64,000 nt of DNA from Akkermansiaceae bacterium (GTDB taxonomy: Bacteria; Verrucomicrobiota; Verrucomicrobiia; Verrucomicrobiales; Akkermansiaceae): the NCBI GenBank assembly GCA_051251915.1, contig JBPOGF010000009.1, positions 32,001 through 96,000 on the forward strand. The letters are read 5' to 3'. Below the pieces are notes generated by a model. That model did no database searches and was not told the DNA's origin. It saw only the letters and a list, made by a program, of their open reading frames with translations. The translations under genes and the position numbers were made by a program. Of this stretch, positions 19,304 through 28,622 are shown piece after piece (within the stretch, counting starts at the first letter, position 1; every line of letters starts with the position of its first letter).

Positions 19304-19984
19304 ATGAACAAACTACTCATCACCCTGACCCTAACTCTTCTCACCTCCATCTCTCTCCATGCTCAGACCATCCGAGTATTAGCTTGGGATCAAAATATTG
19401 CCAAACGCAAATTATCTATCGCTCACGAGCAGAAATCGCAACCCATTAAAGGAATGCACCACCTAGCTCGCTCTAAAGCAATCACGCTCCCCGCAGAATC
19501 ACAAAAACTCCGAGTAGTATCAAAAGACCGTCTCGCAAAAGACGGCAAACCACTATCAATAGCTCTTACCATACCCGAAGCCATTCAGCAGCCCTTACTA
19601 ATCATCCTCCCCGATGAAGAAGCACCCATTGGCATCAAAACAATGGTCGTTGACGACAGCACCAAGACCTTCACCTGGGGAACCCTACTTTTTATCAATT
19701 CCACTGAGGAAAACCTCAACTTCAAATATGAAGAAAAAAATGAACCCATTCCCAATGACTTGAAACCAACCCTCATCAACCCGGGTGGGAAAACTCGCAA
19801 CATGGGAGTTTCCATAACCTCACAAGAAAACCCCGATAACTCAACACTCTACACCGCCATCTGGAAACAAAATAAAGACCTACGCCAACTAATTATCATA
19901 CTCCCAGCCATCAACGAAACCAGCGCCCGACTAAATCTTAAGTTCATCACTCAAAACAAAGCAGCCGTTACGATAGAAAAATAA
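19304..19984 (+). CDS. Hypothetical secreted protein
   Basis: Signal peptide ending SLHA, 226 aa. Confidence 0.7.
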   Translation: MNKLLITLTLTLLTSISLHAQTIRVLAWDQNIAKRKLSIAHEQKSQPIKGMHHLARSKAITLPAESQKLRVVSKDRLAKDGKPLSIALTIPEAIQQPLLIILPDEEAPIGIKTMVVDDSTKTFTWGTLLFINSTEENLNFKYEEKNEPIPNDLKPTLINPGGKTRNMGVSITSQENPDNSTLYTAIWKQNKDLRQLIIILPAINETSARLNLKFITQNKAAVTIEK

Positions 19985-20031
19985 CTAAACTCAAAGCAAC
20001 ATCTCGTAATAAACACAACATATCTTAAAAC

Positions 20032-20068
20032 AAACTACCTCTCTACTCTAAAGTAGAGAGGTAGTTTT
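20032..20068. terminator. Bidirectional terminator between convergent genes
   Basis: AAACTACCTCTCTAC-TCTAAA-GTAGAGAGGTAGTTTT. Confidence 0.75.
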
Positions 20069-20150
20069 AGCTTCAGATTCGCTTTTTTACCTTAAATTCA
20101 GCATTAAGTGCTTTAATCTGTAATTTAAGGTGCGAGACCAAGCACAAGGA

Positions 20151-20957
20151 CTAACGACGTCTGTATACGAGTGTAGCTAATCCTCCAAGAGAGAGTAGTA
20201 AAGCTGAGCTAGGCTCAGGAACAGTACCAATCTCTGTAGCGAAAACCAGATCTTGATATCCTGGATTTCCAATGCTCTCTAGTGCATAGACATCCCATTT
20301 TTGAGATTCATAATCAGCTGTAATTGAGGATAACTCATTCAACCAAGACTGAGCCAAATCTATGCCATTTTTTTGTGTATTATTACCGTCACTTTGACGA
20401 CCAATATAGAAAGCCCCTGATGTATCAGAAAGACTAAGATCCCCATCATGTGAGATCTCCCAAATAGCAAGTTGGAATGCTTGTGCTAGAGGGCTTCTGT
20501 CAGAATAACCCCACTCAGATAAATCATCCGACTGGTAGTATTTATCAAACAAGGCCCTTACACGAGCAGCAGCCAAGTCACCAATTCCACCAGCAGGTAT
20601 TTCACTTGTAGCAGTTCCTCCTACACCAGCTCTCCCTGATGATATGCCCTCTAAGCTCTCGAAATCATAAGTGAAGTTTCCTTCAGCTATGGTTTCACCA
20701 ATCTCTATACAGAACGCGGCAAACTGGTTTTCAAAAGAAACTGACTCACCACCGATTTGGTTAATCTCAATTTCAAAAGCGCTAACCTCTATGTTAAGTG
20801 AACTTGCATCACCAGCACTGATATTACGGTAAGATGCACCACTACTAGAAGCATAACTTAAATCGAAGTTTACTGACTGCGCATTAAGACCACTAGAGAC
20901 ACATAACGAAGATAGCACGGATGCTAATATTACTTTAGTATTGTTTATTATTTTCAT
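20151..20957 (-). CDS. PEP-CTERM surface protein with thioester-domain-like motifs
   Basis: Signal peptide; FCIE, FQLAIWEI, GYQDLV; VPEPSSALLLSLGGLATLVYRRR. Confidence 0.85.
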   Translation of the reverse strand: MKIINNTKVILASVLSSLCVSSGLNAQSVNFDLSYASSSGASYRNISAGDASSLNIEVSAFEIEINQIGGESVSFENQFAAFCIEIGETIAEGNFTYDFESLEGISSGRAGVGGTATSEIPAGGIGDLAAARVRALFDKYYQSDDLSEWGYSDRSPLAQAFQLAIWEISHDGDLSLSDTSGAFYIGRQSDGNNTQKNGIDLAQSWLNELSSITADYESQKWDVYALESIGNPGYQDLVFATEIGTVPEPSSALLLSLGGLATLVYRRR

Positions 20958-21419
20958 ATAGTTTTATATTTAGTTCGGGAATGAACTGGAAATACTAAGC
21001 ATACTACTGACATCAATAAATTTCGGGATAACCGTATAAAAAAGCTCTCTGATTAACTACCTACGTTGATAATGTGAATTATAAATAATCAACATAAATT
21101 AACTTAAATGCACTCTAGAGCACGATATTATATAAAAAACACCTTCAATATGAAGAAAACAAACATATCAATAGATATTTACAATAAAGCGAAGTGATCC
21201 TAATCCCCCCCGCATTTACTCAACATTAATTAAAAAAACTAAGACTATCCAGCCTCTGAAGTAGACCACTCCACTCAAATCCTCTCGTATCTCAGCAACC
21301 TCTTGCAGACGTAAAGCATGCATCATATGGTTAGAATATCCTCTACTATGCTCTCTATTTACTAGAGATTAATACAACAATATTTCTTTACCCGCTCTGG
21401 CTATTTTTGGCGTCTTTTC

Positions 21420-21965
21420 TCCTGACACATTCCTGTTTCGTCAACCCAATGGATCTCAGTTTCCTCCTACTTCGCGTTGTGCTCAATGGTTGCATACTCC
21501 TCGTCCAGCCATTTTTGAACACCTTCGAGCATCCTTCATAGAAACATTTCACTGCTTTCTGGAGGCTAAATATCCAGATCTTAAGATAATGACCTAACGT
21601 GCGCACCGACATTTCAATTTGAAACAAAGATGCTTTTAGCTGCTACACATGCTATACCATTCTGTAACCTGTTAGCTTGTTTCGGTTTACGCAGACCACA
21701 CCTGCAATCTCAACAAAACTCATCCCTTTCTTCCTCAGTTTAGACCCTTTTCCAAAAATTCGCTCGGTTAGATTCGGCAATAGAATTTCCTAGATCAAGG
21801 CGCTATGAGACTGTGATGTGGGCATCTCAGTCGAAGAGTAACGCAGAGATTGGAAATTCTTATCTAAAGATAGGCGAACAGACTTTTGGAAATGGGTCTA
21901 ATGGCCTGCTTATGCCGCTCTTCAAGCTGGGGAGGAGATAGACTTCCTGCACCTTTTATTTTATA
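21420..21965 (-). pseudogene. IS630-family transposase remnant, interrupted by a MITE
   Basis: Fragments SLSPPQLEERHKQAI|KLRKKGMSFVEIAGVV, SVRTLGHYLKIWIFSLQK and VQKWLDEEY..IHWVDETG, with a deletion, frameshifts and a stop. Confidence 0.75.
21741..21900. mobile_element. 160-bp MITE with terminal inverted repeats and TA target duplication
   Basis: TAGACCCTTTTCCAAAA...TTTTGGAAATGGGTCTA; removing it restores the transposase frame. Confidence 0.85.
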
Positions 21966-22072
21966 GGTTTTTAAAGCAGTAATCATGCGACATTAAACCT
22001 GCCTCATTAATAACGGAGTTTTTTTGTTAAATGAAAAGCACGTAGCCATACCTCCTGAACCCCTAAGCCAAA

Positions 22073-22396
22073 TTAATTCACACTAGATTGCATCTGTGTA
22101 GCTGACAATGCATTCGCAAAAAGAACAACCCGTTCACCATCCTCAGCCTTCAAATGATATTGCCCATCATACCATTGCGTCTTGCTATCAAACTTCAACC
22201 AATAGCAATCCAGCTCTTCTCCTTCACTCGTCTTAAATGAAGGTAAGCGCTCCACTTCCTCTAGCATCCATTCACCGAGTTGATTTCCCTCCTGATCGTA
22301 TATTTCAAACTTCTGCTCCAATTTCGTTTCAAACCAAGCACACAACCGTCTCATTTCATTATCCATAACTAATGCAATTACCATTATAGACCTCAT
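22073..22396 (-). CDS. Small beta-rich protein, DUF6916-like
   Basis: LEEVERLP...YWLKF...DGQYHL...QSSVN pattern; divergent from the collar genes. Confidence 0.55.
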   Translation of the reverse strand: MRSIMVIALVMDNEMRRLCAWFETKLEQKFEIYDQEGNQLGEWMLEEVERLPSFKTSEGEELDCYWLKFDSKTQWYDGQYHLKAEDGERVVLFANALSATQMQSSVN

Positions 22397-22528
22397 CTCA
22401 AAAGAATTAAATCCATCCTATTAATATGCTCTATATACTAAATATATAACTGATTACACCAAAACTATTCTCCAAATCGCCACTATCACATCCAGATTTA
22501 CTTTGACATGATCCCCACCACATGACGT

Positions 22529-22552
22529 AATATAATCATTAATGATTATATT
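22529..22552. promoter_or_regulatory. 24-bp perfect palindrome, candidate operator
   Basis: AATATAATCATT|AATGATTATATT, containing TATAAT; TTGACA at 22503. Confidence 0.6.
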
Positions 22553-22595
22553 CATCAAATAACTCAACATCACATAACCCTAAATCACTACTACT

Positions 22596-23111
22596 ATGGC
22601 TGAACCGTTCATTGGACAAGTTAAAATTTTTGCTGGTAATTTTGCACCACAAGGATGGGCTTTTTGCGAAGGTCAACTCCTTGCCATTTCATCTCACGAC
22701 GCTCTCTTTTCATTATTAGGCACGAACTATGGAGGTGATGGCAGAACTACCTTTGGTCTACCAGACCTCAGGGGAAGGTGCGCAGTTGGAACAGACGGTT
22801 CTGACGTAGGCACTAATTATGGATCACCTACCTTCAACCTAAATAGCGCTAATTTACCTCCACACACTCACTCTATTGGTGAAATCGACATGGATATTGT
22901 CGCCGATGATGGGCCAAACACCACCCCAGGAGGGCGTTATTTAAGTAATACAGATCCTGAAACATACACTGATAGCACCAACACCACAATGCCCCTTGAT
23001 ACTGGAAACACTGGATCAACGGGCAATTCAACAGCCATATCCCATCGCCAGCCTTATCTAGGCATATCATACATCATTGCCCTAGTTGGCATTTATCCTT
23101 CCAGCTTCTAA
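22596..23111 (+). CDS. Phage tail collar domain protein 1 (microcystin-dependent protein-like)
   Basis: FIGQVKIFAGNFAPQGWAFCEGQLL, YGGDGRTTFGLPDLRGR, LPPHTH, QPYLGISYIIALVGIYPS. Confidence 0.9.
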   Translation: MAEPFIGQVKIFAGNFAPQGWAFCEGQLLAISSHDALFSLLGTNYGGDGRTTFGLPDLRGRCAVGTDGSDVGTNYGSPTFNLNSANLPPHTHSIGEIDMDIVADDGPNTTPGGRYLSNTDPETYTDSTNTTMPLDTGNTGSTGNSTAISHRQPYLGISYIIALVGIYPSSF

Positions 23112-23140
23112 CCATTCAAATCTAACAACAAACACACATT

Positions 23141-23683
23141 ATGGCAGATCCATTTTTAGCTGAAGTATCGATCTTCGCAGGGAATTTCGCACCACGAGGT
23201 TGGGCTTTTTGTGAAGGCCAACTTCTTCAGATCGCTCAAAACACCGCACTTTTTTCACTATTAGGTACTATCTATGGAGGTGATGGTAGAGTTACTTTTG
23301 GATTACCCGACTTAAAAGGCCGCACCCCCATAGGTCAAGGCACAGGCCCCGGGCTATCTAACATCCGCATGGGTGAAAAAGGAGGAGTTCCAACATACAC
23401 CATCAGCGCACAAAACTTGCCAAATCACGTTCATGCCCTAGGGCCCATGCATTTACCTGTTTCTACGGATCTCGCAGATAGCCAAGATGTCGAAGATGGT
23501 TATCTAGCTGAAACAGAACATAATCACTACCACAGTGAGACTAATTCCAGCATCCTAATCAACACACCAACCGACACGGGTTCAACAGGTCACGAAACCC
23601 CAGCTACTATCAACACCTACCAACCCTCTTTAGCTGTAAACTATATCATCGCCACAGTGGGAACCTATCCATCTAGATCATAA
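23141..23683 (+). CDS. Phage tail collar domain protein 2
   Basis: Same collar motifs; LPNHVH; QPSLAVNYIIATVGTYPSRS. Confidence 0.9.
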   Translation: MADPFLAEVSIFAGNFAPRGWAFCEGQLLQIAQNTALFSLLGTIYGGDGRVTFGLPDLKGRTPIGQGTGPGLSNIRMGEKGGVPTYTISAQNLPNHVHALGPMHLPVSTDLADSQDVEDGYLAETEHNHYHSETNSSILINTPTDTGSTGHETPATINTYQPSLAVNYIIATVGTYPSRS

Positions 23684-23707
23684 ACCAAATTTCAACTCAC
23701 ACTCATT

Positions 23708-24244
23708 ATGTCAGAACCATTTTTAGGACAAATCCTTACCTTTGCAGGAAACTATACACCTAGTGGCTACGCCAGCTGTGATGGCCAACTACTCCCCATA
23801 AACACAAACCAAGCGCTCTTCTCGATTCTGGGAACAATATACGGAGGTGACGGAAGGACCACATTTGGCTTACCCAACTTAAATGGCCGCACCCCTATCC
23901 ATCCAGGCACAGGCGCAGGACTATCCACCTTTAGTTTAGGTCAAGAAACAGGCACCGAAGAGCACACTCTAACGCAAAACCATATTCCGCAGCATACACA
24001 TGCTATAGGAGAAGTAAAGCTCCCTACTTCAGACACAGCCGCTACCCTTAAAAGCCCTACTGATAATTACCCAGCACAACCGCCAACGTTCGCCTATGGC
24101 GACGCTACCGATGCTAAAGCTGCTATAATCTCTCCAGCAGCCACAAACTCCACAGGATCAGCCATCCCCATTGACAACAGGAAACCTACCCTGACACTTA
24201 AATACGCCATCGCCGTAACCGGGCTTTTCCCATCTAGGAACTGA
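23708..24244 (+). CDS. Phage tail collar domain protein 3
   Basis: Same collar motifs; IPQHTH; PTLTLKYAIAVTGLFPSRN. Confidence 0.9.
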   Translation: MSEPFLGQILTFAGNYTPSGYASCDGQLLPINTNQALFSILGTIYGGDGRTTFGLPNLNGRTPIHPGTGAGLSTFSLGQETGTEEHTLTQNHIPQHTHAIGEVKLPTSDTAATLKSPTDNYPAQPPTFAYGDATDAKAAIISPAATNSTGSAIPIDNRKPTLTLKYAIAVTGLFPSRN

Positions 24245-24723
24245 TGCCCCACACCTCAGTTATACTCAGACCACAAACTGACAACGATCAGACCTATCTT
24301 TTTAATTTATTCACCGAGACACACACCAAGAAACTCCAACTCAACACACTACCTGCCGACATCATAGAAACACTTCTAAAGCAACAATTCCGCGCTCAAA
24401 CTACTGGTTATCTATCTACTTTTCCTGATGCCCAGTTCCTTATGATAGAGCAAAACAACCAAGCTATCGGAAGACTAGTAATCTCAGAGAATAGAGACAC
24501 AACACACATCATAGACATCGCCATCTCAGAAGAAAATCAAGGACAAGCAATAGGTTCTAATCTGATTAAATCCATCATCAAAAAAGCCTCTACCAATCAA
24601 AAATCAGTCACCCTGGACGTCGATGAATTCACAGGCCCTGTCGCTCTCTACAAGAAACTAGGATTCAAAGCCATCAACATCAACGCAGGATCGATCACCA
24701 TGCAACACAGCGCTTCAGCTTGA
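24244..24723 (+). CDS. GNAT acetyltransferase
   Basis: IIDIAISEENQGQAIGS (motif A), LYKKLGF; TGATG overlap with collar gene 3. Confidence 0.85.
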   Translation: MPHTSVILRPQTDNDQTYLFNLFTETHTKKLQLNTLPADIIETLLKQQFRAQTTGYLSTFPDAQFLMIEQNNQAIGRLVISENRDTTHIIDIAISEENQGQAIGSNLIKSIIKKASTNQKSVTLDVDEFTGPVALYKKLGFKAININAGSITMQHSASA

Positions 24724-24755
24724 GCCCAACAATAATCACCTAAAACCAAGATACC

Positions 24756-25856
24756 ATGAACTACTCACGACGCCAATTCCAGCTTGTCAGCCTAACCGCA
24801 GCAGCCAGTGCAGCCTTCTCAACCATCAGCACTGCGGCAACAGAAATAGAGGAAGTTGAACAACTAAAGCGCAGAGATGTTCAAGCTGGACTCCAGCGCG
24901 GAATCAACTTCACCGGAGCGGTGCGAGAGATTCTAGCTTATGTCCAGCAGTATAGTATCGAGCAAACCCTGCTCGGTGGTTGCGTTCTCAGCCTTGCTGC
25001 AGAACAAACTGCTGATTCAGTACATATCCTAATAATGGCTGACCCCATAAAAGTAGCCACAGCAATGGCAAACACTAGCATTGAAGGTATGGAGTCAATC
25101 AACGGGAACTCATTAGCATTTGAATACAATGGTCAACAATTCTTCATCGAGCACCTCAGTGAAGAACTCTATAATAAGCGACTAGAAAATCTAGTTCCCG
25201 GCTCTTCAGACAATGACTTCTACATTGAATACGCACACCAACTTTTAACCTACAACGTCCAATCTAGACGCCACCGTGATGCTCACGGCGCAATAGGCAA
25301 CTCCTCAGACATAGAACTAAAAAGAGTCAACCCTGCTAAAGATTCTTCTAGCGTAGTAAAAACCATGGTTGAATCTAGTCGCCTCGGTATAGCATTACCT
25401 AGAGATGAACAAAACATCATAGACGACACACTCTCAAACGGTCTGCAAAACTCCGAAAACTCAGTAGCAGCCACTGAGAACTTCCTCAGCCAACTATCGC
25501 AATTCACTCAGTACCACGATGAAAAAAATACGAGTCGCCTACTGAACTCAAAACTCGCAGAAGACACCTTAGGTGATATTCTAGGCTGTGACACCAAGAA
25601 ACTGGACAGAACCTTCTACAAAATAAAACGAAAAACTCAAAGAAATACTCCCCACAGCGAAATCTGGTTAAGTGCTATCCAGTGCCTAGAGAACACAGAA
25701 GAAAGTCACTGCAACGAGGCTCTAACTCTCCTGCATAATAGTCAATCAGGATACTCATTATTAAAAACCAAGCAAGACACACAGAATAGCTCCAAGCTCA
25801 TCGAATTAAAAGGCGTCAACAATCTACATATCAAAATCGACCGACGAGGCCATTAA
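24756..25856 (+). CDS. Hypothetical protein with Tat-like signal and degenerate CCA-adding/poly(A) polymerase-like head
   Basis: SRRQF signal; TLLGGCV...SVHILI; LLTYNVQSRRHRDAHGA. Confidence 0.55.
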   Translation: MNYSRRQFQLVSLTAAASAAFSTISTAATEIEEVEQLKRRDVQAGLQRGINFTGAVREILAYVQQYSIEQTLLGGCVLSLAAEQTADSVHILIMADPIKVATAMANTSIEGMESINGNSLAFEYNGQQFFIEHLSEELYNKRLENLVPGSSDNDFYIEYAHQLLTYNVQSRRHRDAHGAIGNSSDIELKRVNPAKDSSSVVKTMVESSRLGIALPRDEQNIIDDTLSNGLQNSENSVAATENFLSQLSQFTQYHDEKNTSRLLNSKLAEDTLGDILGCDTKKLDRTFYKIKRKTQRNTPHSEIWLSAIQCLENTEESHCNEALTLLHNSQSGYSLLKTKQDTQNSSKLIELKGVNNLHIKIDRRGH

Positions 25857-25887
25857 CAATACTAACTTAAATATTCTAACACAACTC

Positions 25888-26709
25888 ATGATCAATAAAC
25901 ACTTCATACTCAGTATTGCTACAACTTGTAGTTTAGCCATCTCATCCCACGCCGCTACCGCTCTAGCACCAGGAGACATCTCCATTGTTGGCTTCAGCAC
26001 TGATGGTTTCGATCAATTTGCTTTCGTCACCTGGGTTACTCTAGATGAAACCACAGATGTACAGTTTACCGATTATGGATGGAGCCCCAATGACAACAGC
26101 TTCACAATAGGATCACCAACCGATGACTCACTTACTTGGTCAACTGCTGGCAACTCTGTAGCAGCAGGAACATTAGTAGTGATTACTGCGGATGGCACTT
26201 CTAGCACAGTTGCCAATGGAGTAGGTGCTATTACTGCTGGCGGATTAGGTACATTCTCTTCTTCTGGAGAATCTCTTTTCGCCTACACTGGTCCCGAATC
26301 AAGCCCAAGCTTCATTTTTGGACTCTACACGCACCAACCCACTTGGGACATTGCTGCAAATGTAAACGCATCCGACGCCACCGACTCCAGCCTACCAGAC
26401 ACCCTAGGCATTGGCTCTAACTTCATACCTATTACATCCACGAGCCCTAACGACAACGTCTTATGGGATTCTGACAACGGAGGTGTCAGTTTTTCAAATC
26501 TAGCCGAAGCAAAAGCCCACTCATTAAACTCCAATAACTGGCTCATTGAAAATGACGACGACGGCACAGGCGCCTTCTCAGATAACCTACTAACTGATCT
26601 CAATGTAGCAGCAGGAGGATCATTCAGCACACAAGTACCTGAACCCTCTACCTCACTATCCACACTATTAGGATTAGGACTAATTTGTTTTTCACGTAGG
26701 AGAAAGTAA
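25888..26709 (+). CDS. PEP-CTERM surface protein
   Basis: Signal peptide; LAPGDISIVGF..DQFAFV..FTDYGW domain; VPEPST...RRRK. Confidence 0.85.
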   Translation: MINKHFILSIATTCSLAISSHAATALAPGDISIVGFSTDGFDQFAFVTWVTLDETTDVQFTDYGWSPNDNSFTIGSPTDDSLTWSTAGNSVAAGTLVVITADGTSSTVANGVGAITAGGLGTFSSSGESLFAYTGPESSPSFIFGLYTHQPTWDIAANVNASDATDSSLPDTLGIGSNFIPITSTSPNDNVLWDSDNGGVSFSNLAEAKAHSLNSNNWLIENDDDGTGAFSDNLLTDLNVAAGGSFSTQVPEPSTSLSTLLGLGLICFSRRRK

Positions 26710-26777
26710 GCACATAAGCTAAACCTTCAATAACTAAGTATAGCCTTAGGTAGATAAGAGTGGTTTACCTCAAGGCT

Positions 26778-28610
26778 TCAGTCCTCTAATGCAAATCGCA
26801 TCTCAGCTAGTAATTCATTAGCCTTAGTGAAATCTACATCTTCAGGGAGCTTACATGTCTCATAAGACTTAGAAATATCAGCCATCTTATCCTCCGCCAT
26901 CGTGAGCAATTCCTCATACTGAAATTCGCCATTACGCACCTTCATCAAGAAATCAACATTAGGGCTACGCAGCTGAATCGTCCCTTCCTTAGCGATCATT
27001 TCCGCTATCTCAAGCAGACGCAAAGTATGCATCATATTCTTAGAATCATATCCCCTGCCATGCTCACTATTCACTAGATAACGGTTCTCATTTCTGTTCT
27101 TTACCCAGTTCCAGTATTCCTTATGTTGCTTGCAGTGCTTCTTAAAGCCATCAATATTACACACCATCCATCCCAGCGCCTCTTCCTCTTTCCGCACACT
27201 GCTACAAAGAATACTAGGCTCCCCAGACCGCGAGAATAATCCTCGGTAATGAGGACCACGGAACAACGAATACGTATTCGCCGCATGATTCACAGCAGTT
27301 GCCCCAAGCTCGGTTTCAACCAGCCCATGAATCTTCAGCCAGTCCCCCAGCTTCACAGCTCCCTGCCCCGCCATCACGTAGCAAAAATCACGCAACTCTA
27401 ACCGCTCCTCTGGCTCAGGATTTACTATCTTCTTATTCAAGCCCCGCGCCTTCCGCACCTGCGCCAACGCATAACCAGCAAAATTCATCTCGCACTTCTT
27501 AGTCAGAAACATCTGCGGGTCTATCTTATCCATCACAGGATGACGATACCGCACACAATCATCCGGTATAAACAACAACTCCAAAGCATTAGGATTACTC
27601 TTCATCAGCAGTTCCACAAACCTCCCCAACTCATAATAAACCTCATCCCCCTTCTCATCCTGCACCTGTTCTATACTCTCCGCCGCTGTCAGAAACGAAG
27701 TCGGAGCCGCAAACAACCCACGCAGATCCTCATCAGACTCCGGTGTATTTGTCCCATATGCCTGACTACCACCCACCGCCTCAAACAACAACAAATCCGG
27801 TCTCCTGATCCTATCCAAAGTAAACTCACTTTTCCGCATCAGAGGTAAGTTTTTCCCACTCTGCAAAGATCTCAATAGCAGATCATCCACAGCAGCATCT
27901 CGTCCCTTAACATCAGAAACATGCATCAGCGTATCGGGAAAATCTCTATTCACTTCCTTCTCCAGAAACTCATCCAGTGCAGAGATCCTAGGCATCTTCT
28001 CTTTCTCCCCACTCGCTGATTTATACACCAGCAACTCATCAACCACAGAGTGCAATGACTCAGGCAGATAATCTAACAACTCCGCAAACTCCACCGGCGC
28101 TGGTTCATTTCTATCCTCCACGTAAAGAACCGCCAGACTCGACCGCAGACAATACAAATAACTCTTCGCCCTTACCTCATCACCAGCAAGTGCACCCTTC
28201 CACATCTGCTTAGCCAACCCACGATAATGATCATACAGCCCTCTCCCAGCAAACACCTCACCATAAGTCGCCCTCCAGTCCGCTAGAAAACCATCCTTCT
28301 CACGATAAACAATCGGAGAATGCAGCCACTCCGAAAGCGCACCATTCGACTTCTTCAATAAACCAAGAGCCTTCCGCACATCCCACCCACCGGGATCAAG
28401 ATCATCCTTAATCGCTATCTCTATCGTCTCCTTGGGTGCCTGAACTTTCAAATACTCATGTTCAGTATATCGATAAATAAACCGAATATCATAATCACTA
28501 TCAGGCGAAGCAAAACCCCACGCCCTGCTCCCAGACTCACACGCATAAAGAACCTCTACCCCATACTCCACCTCGATCCTGTCGAGTAATTCATTAATTT
28601 CTTCCTTCAT
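26778..28610 (-). CDS. Fusion of two Pol-beta superfamily nucleotidyltransferase domains (RlaP/YcgL-like)
   Basis: ESGSRAWGFASPDSDYDIRF and GGSQAYGTNTPESDEDLRG; YDSKNMMHTLRLL. Confidence 0.85.
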   Translation of the reverse strand: MKEEINELLDRIEVEYGVEVLYACESGSRAWGFASPDSDYDIRFIYRYTEHEYLKVQAPKETIEIAIKDDLDPGGWDVRKALGLLKKSNGALSEWLHSPIVYREKDGFLADWRATYGEVFAGRGLYDHYRGLAKQMWKGALAGDEVRAKSYLYCLRSSLAVLYVEDRNEPAPVEFAELLDYLPESLHSVVDELLVYKSASGEKEKMPRISALDEFLEKEVNRDFPDTLMHVSDVKGRDAAVDDLLLRSLQSGKNLPLMRKSEFTLDRIRRPDLLLFEAVGGSQAYGTNTPESDEDLRGLFAAPTSFLTAAESIEQVQDEKGDEVYYELGRFVELLMKSNPNALELLFIPDDCVRYRHPVMDKIDPQMFLTKKCEMNFAGYALAQVRKARGLNKKIVNPEPEERLELRDFCYVMAGQGAVKLGDWLKIHGLVETELGATAVNHAANTYSLFRGPHYRGLFSRSGEPSILCSSVRKEEEALGWMVCNIDGFKKHCKQHKEYWNWVKNRNENRYLVNSEHGRGYDSKNMMHTLRLLEIAEMIAKEGTIQLRSPNVDFLMKVRNGEFQYEELLTMAEDKMADISKSYETCKLPEDVDFTKANELLAEMRFALED

Positions 28611-28622
28611 TTTAATACAATA

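Noticed and set aside
22596..24244. Collar genes as evidence of a prophage
   Set aside because: No other phage structural, packaging, lysis or integration genes in the window
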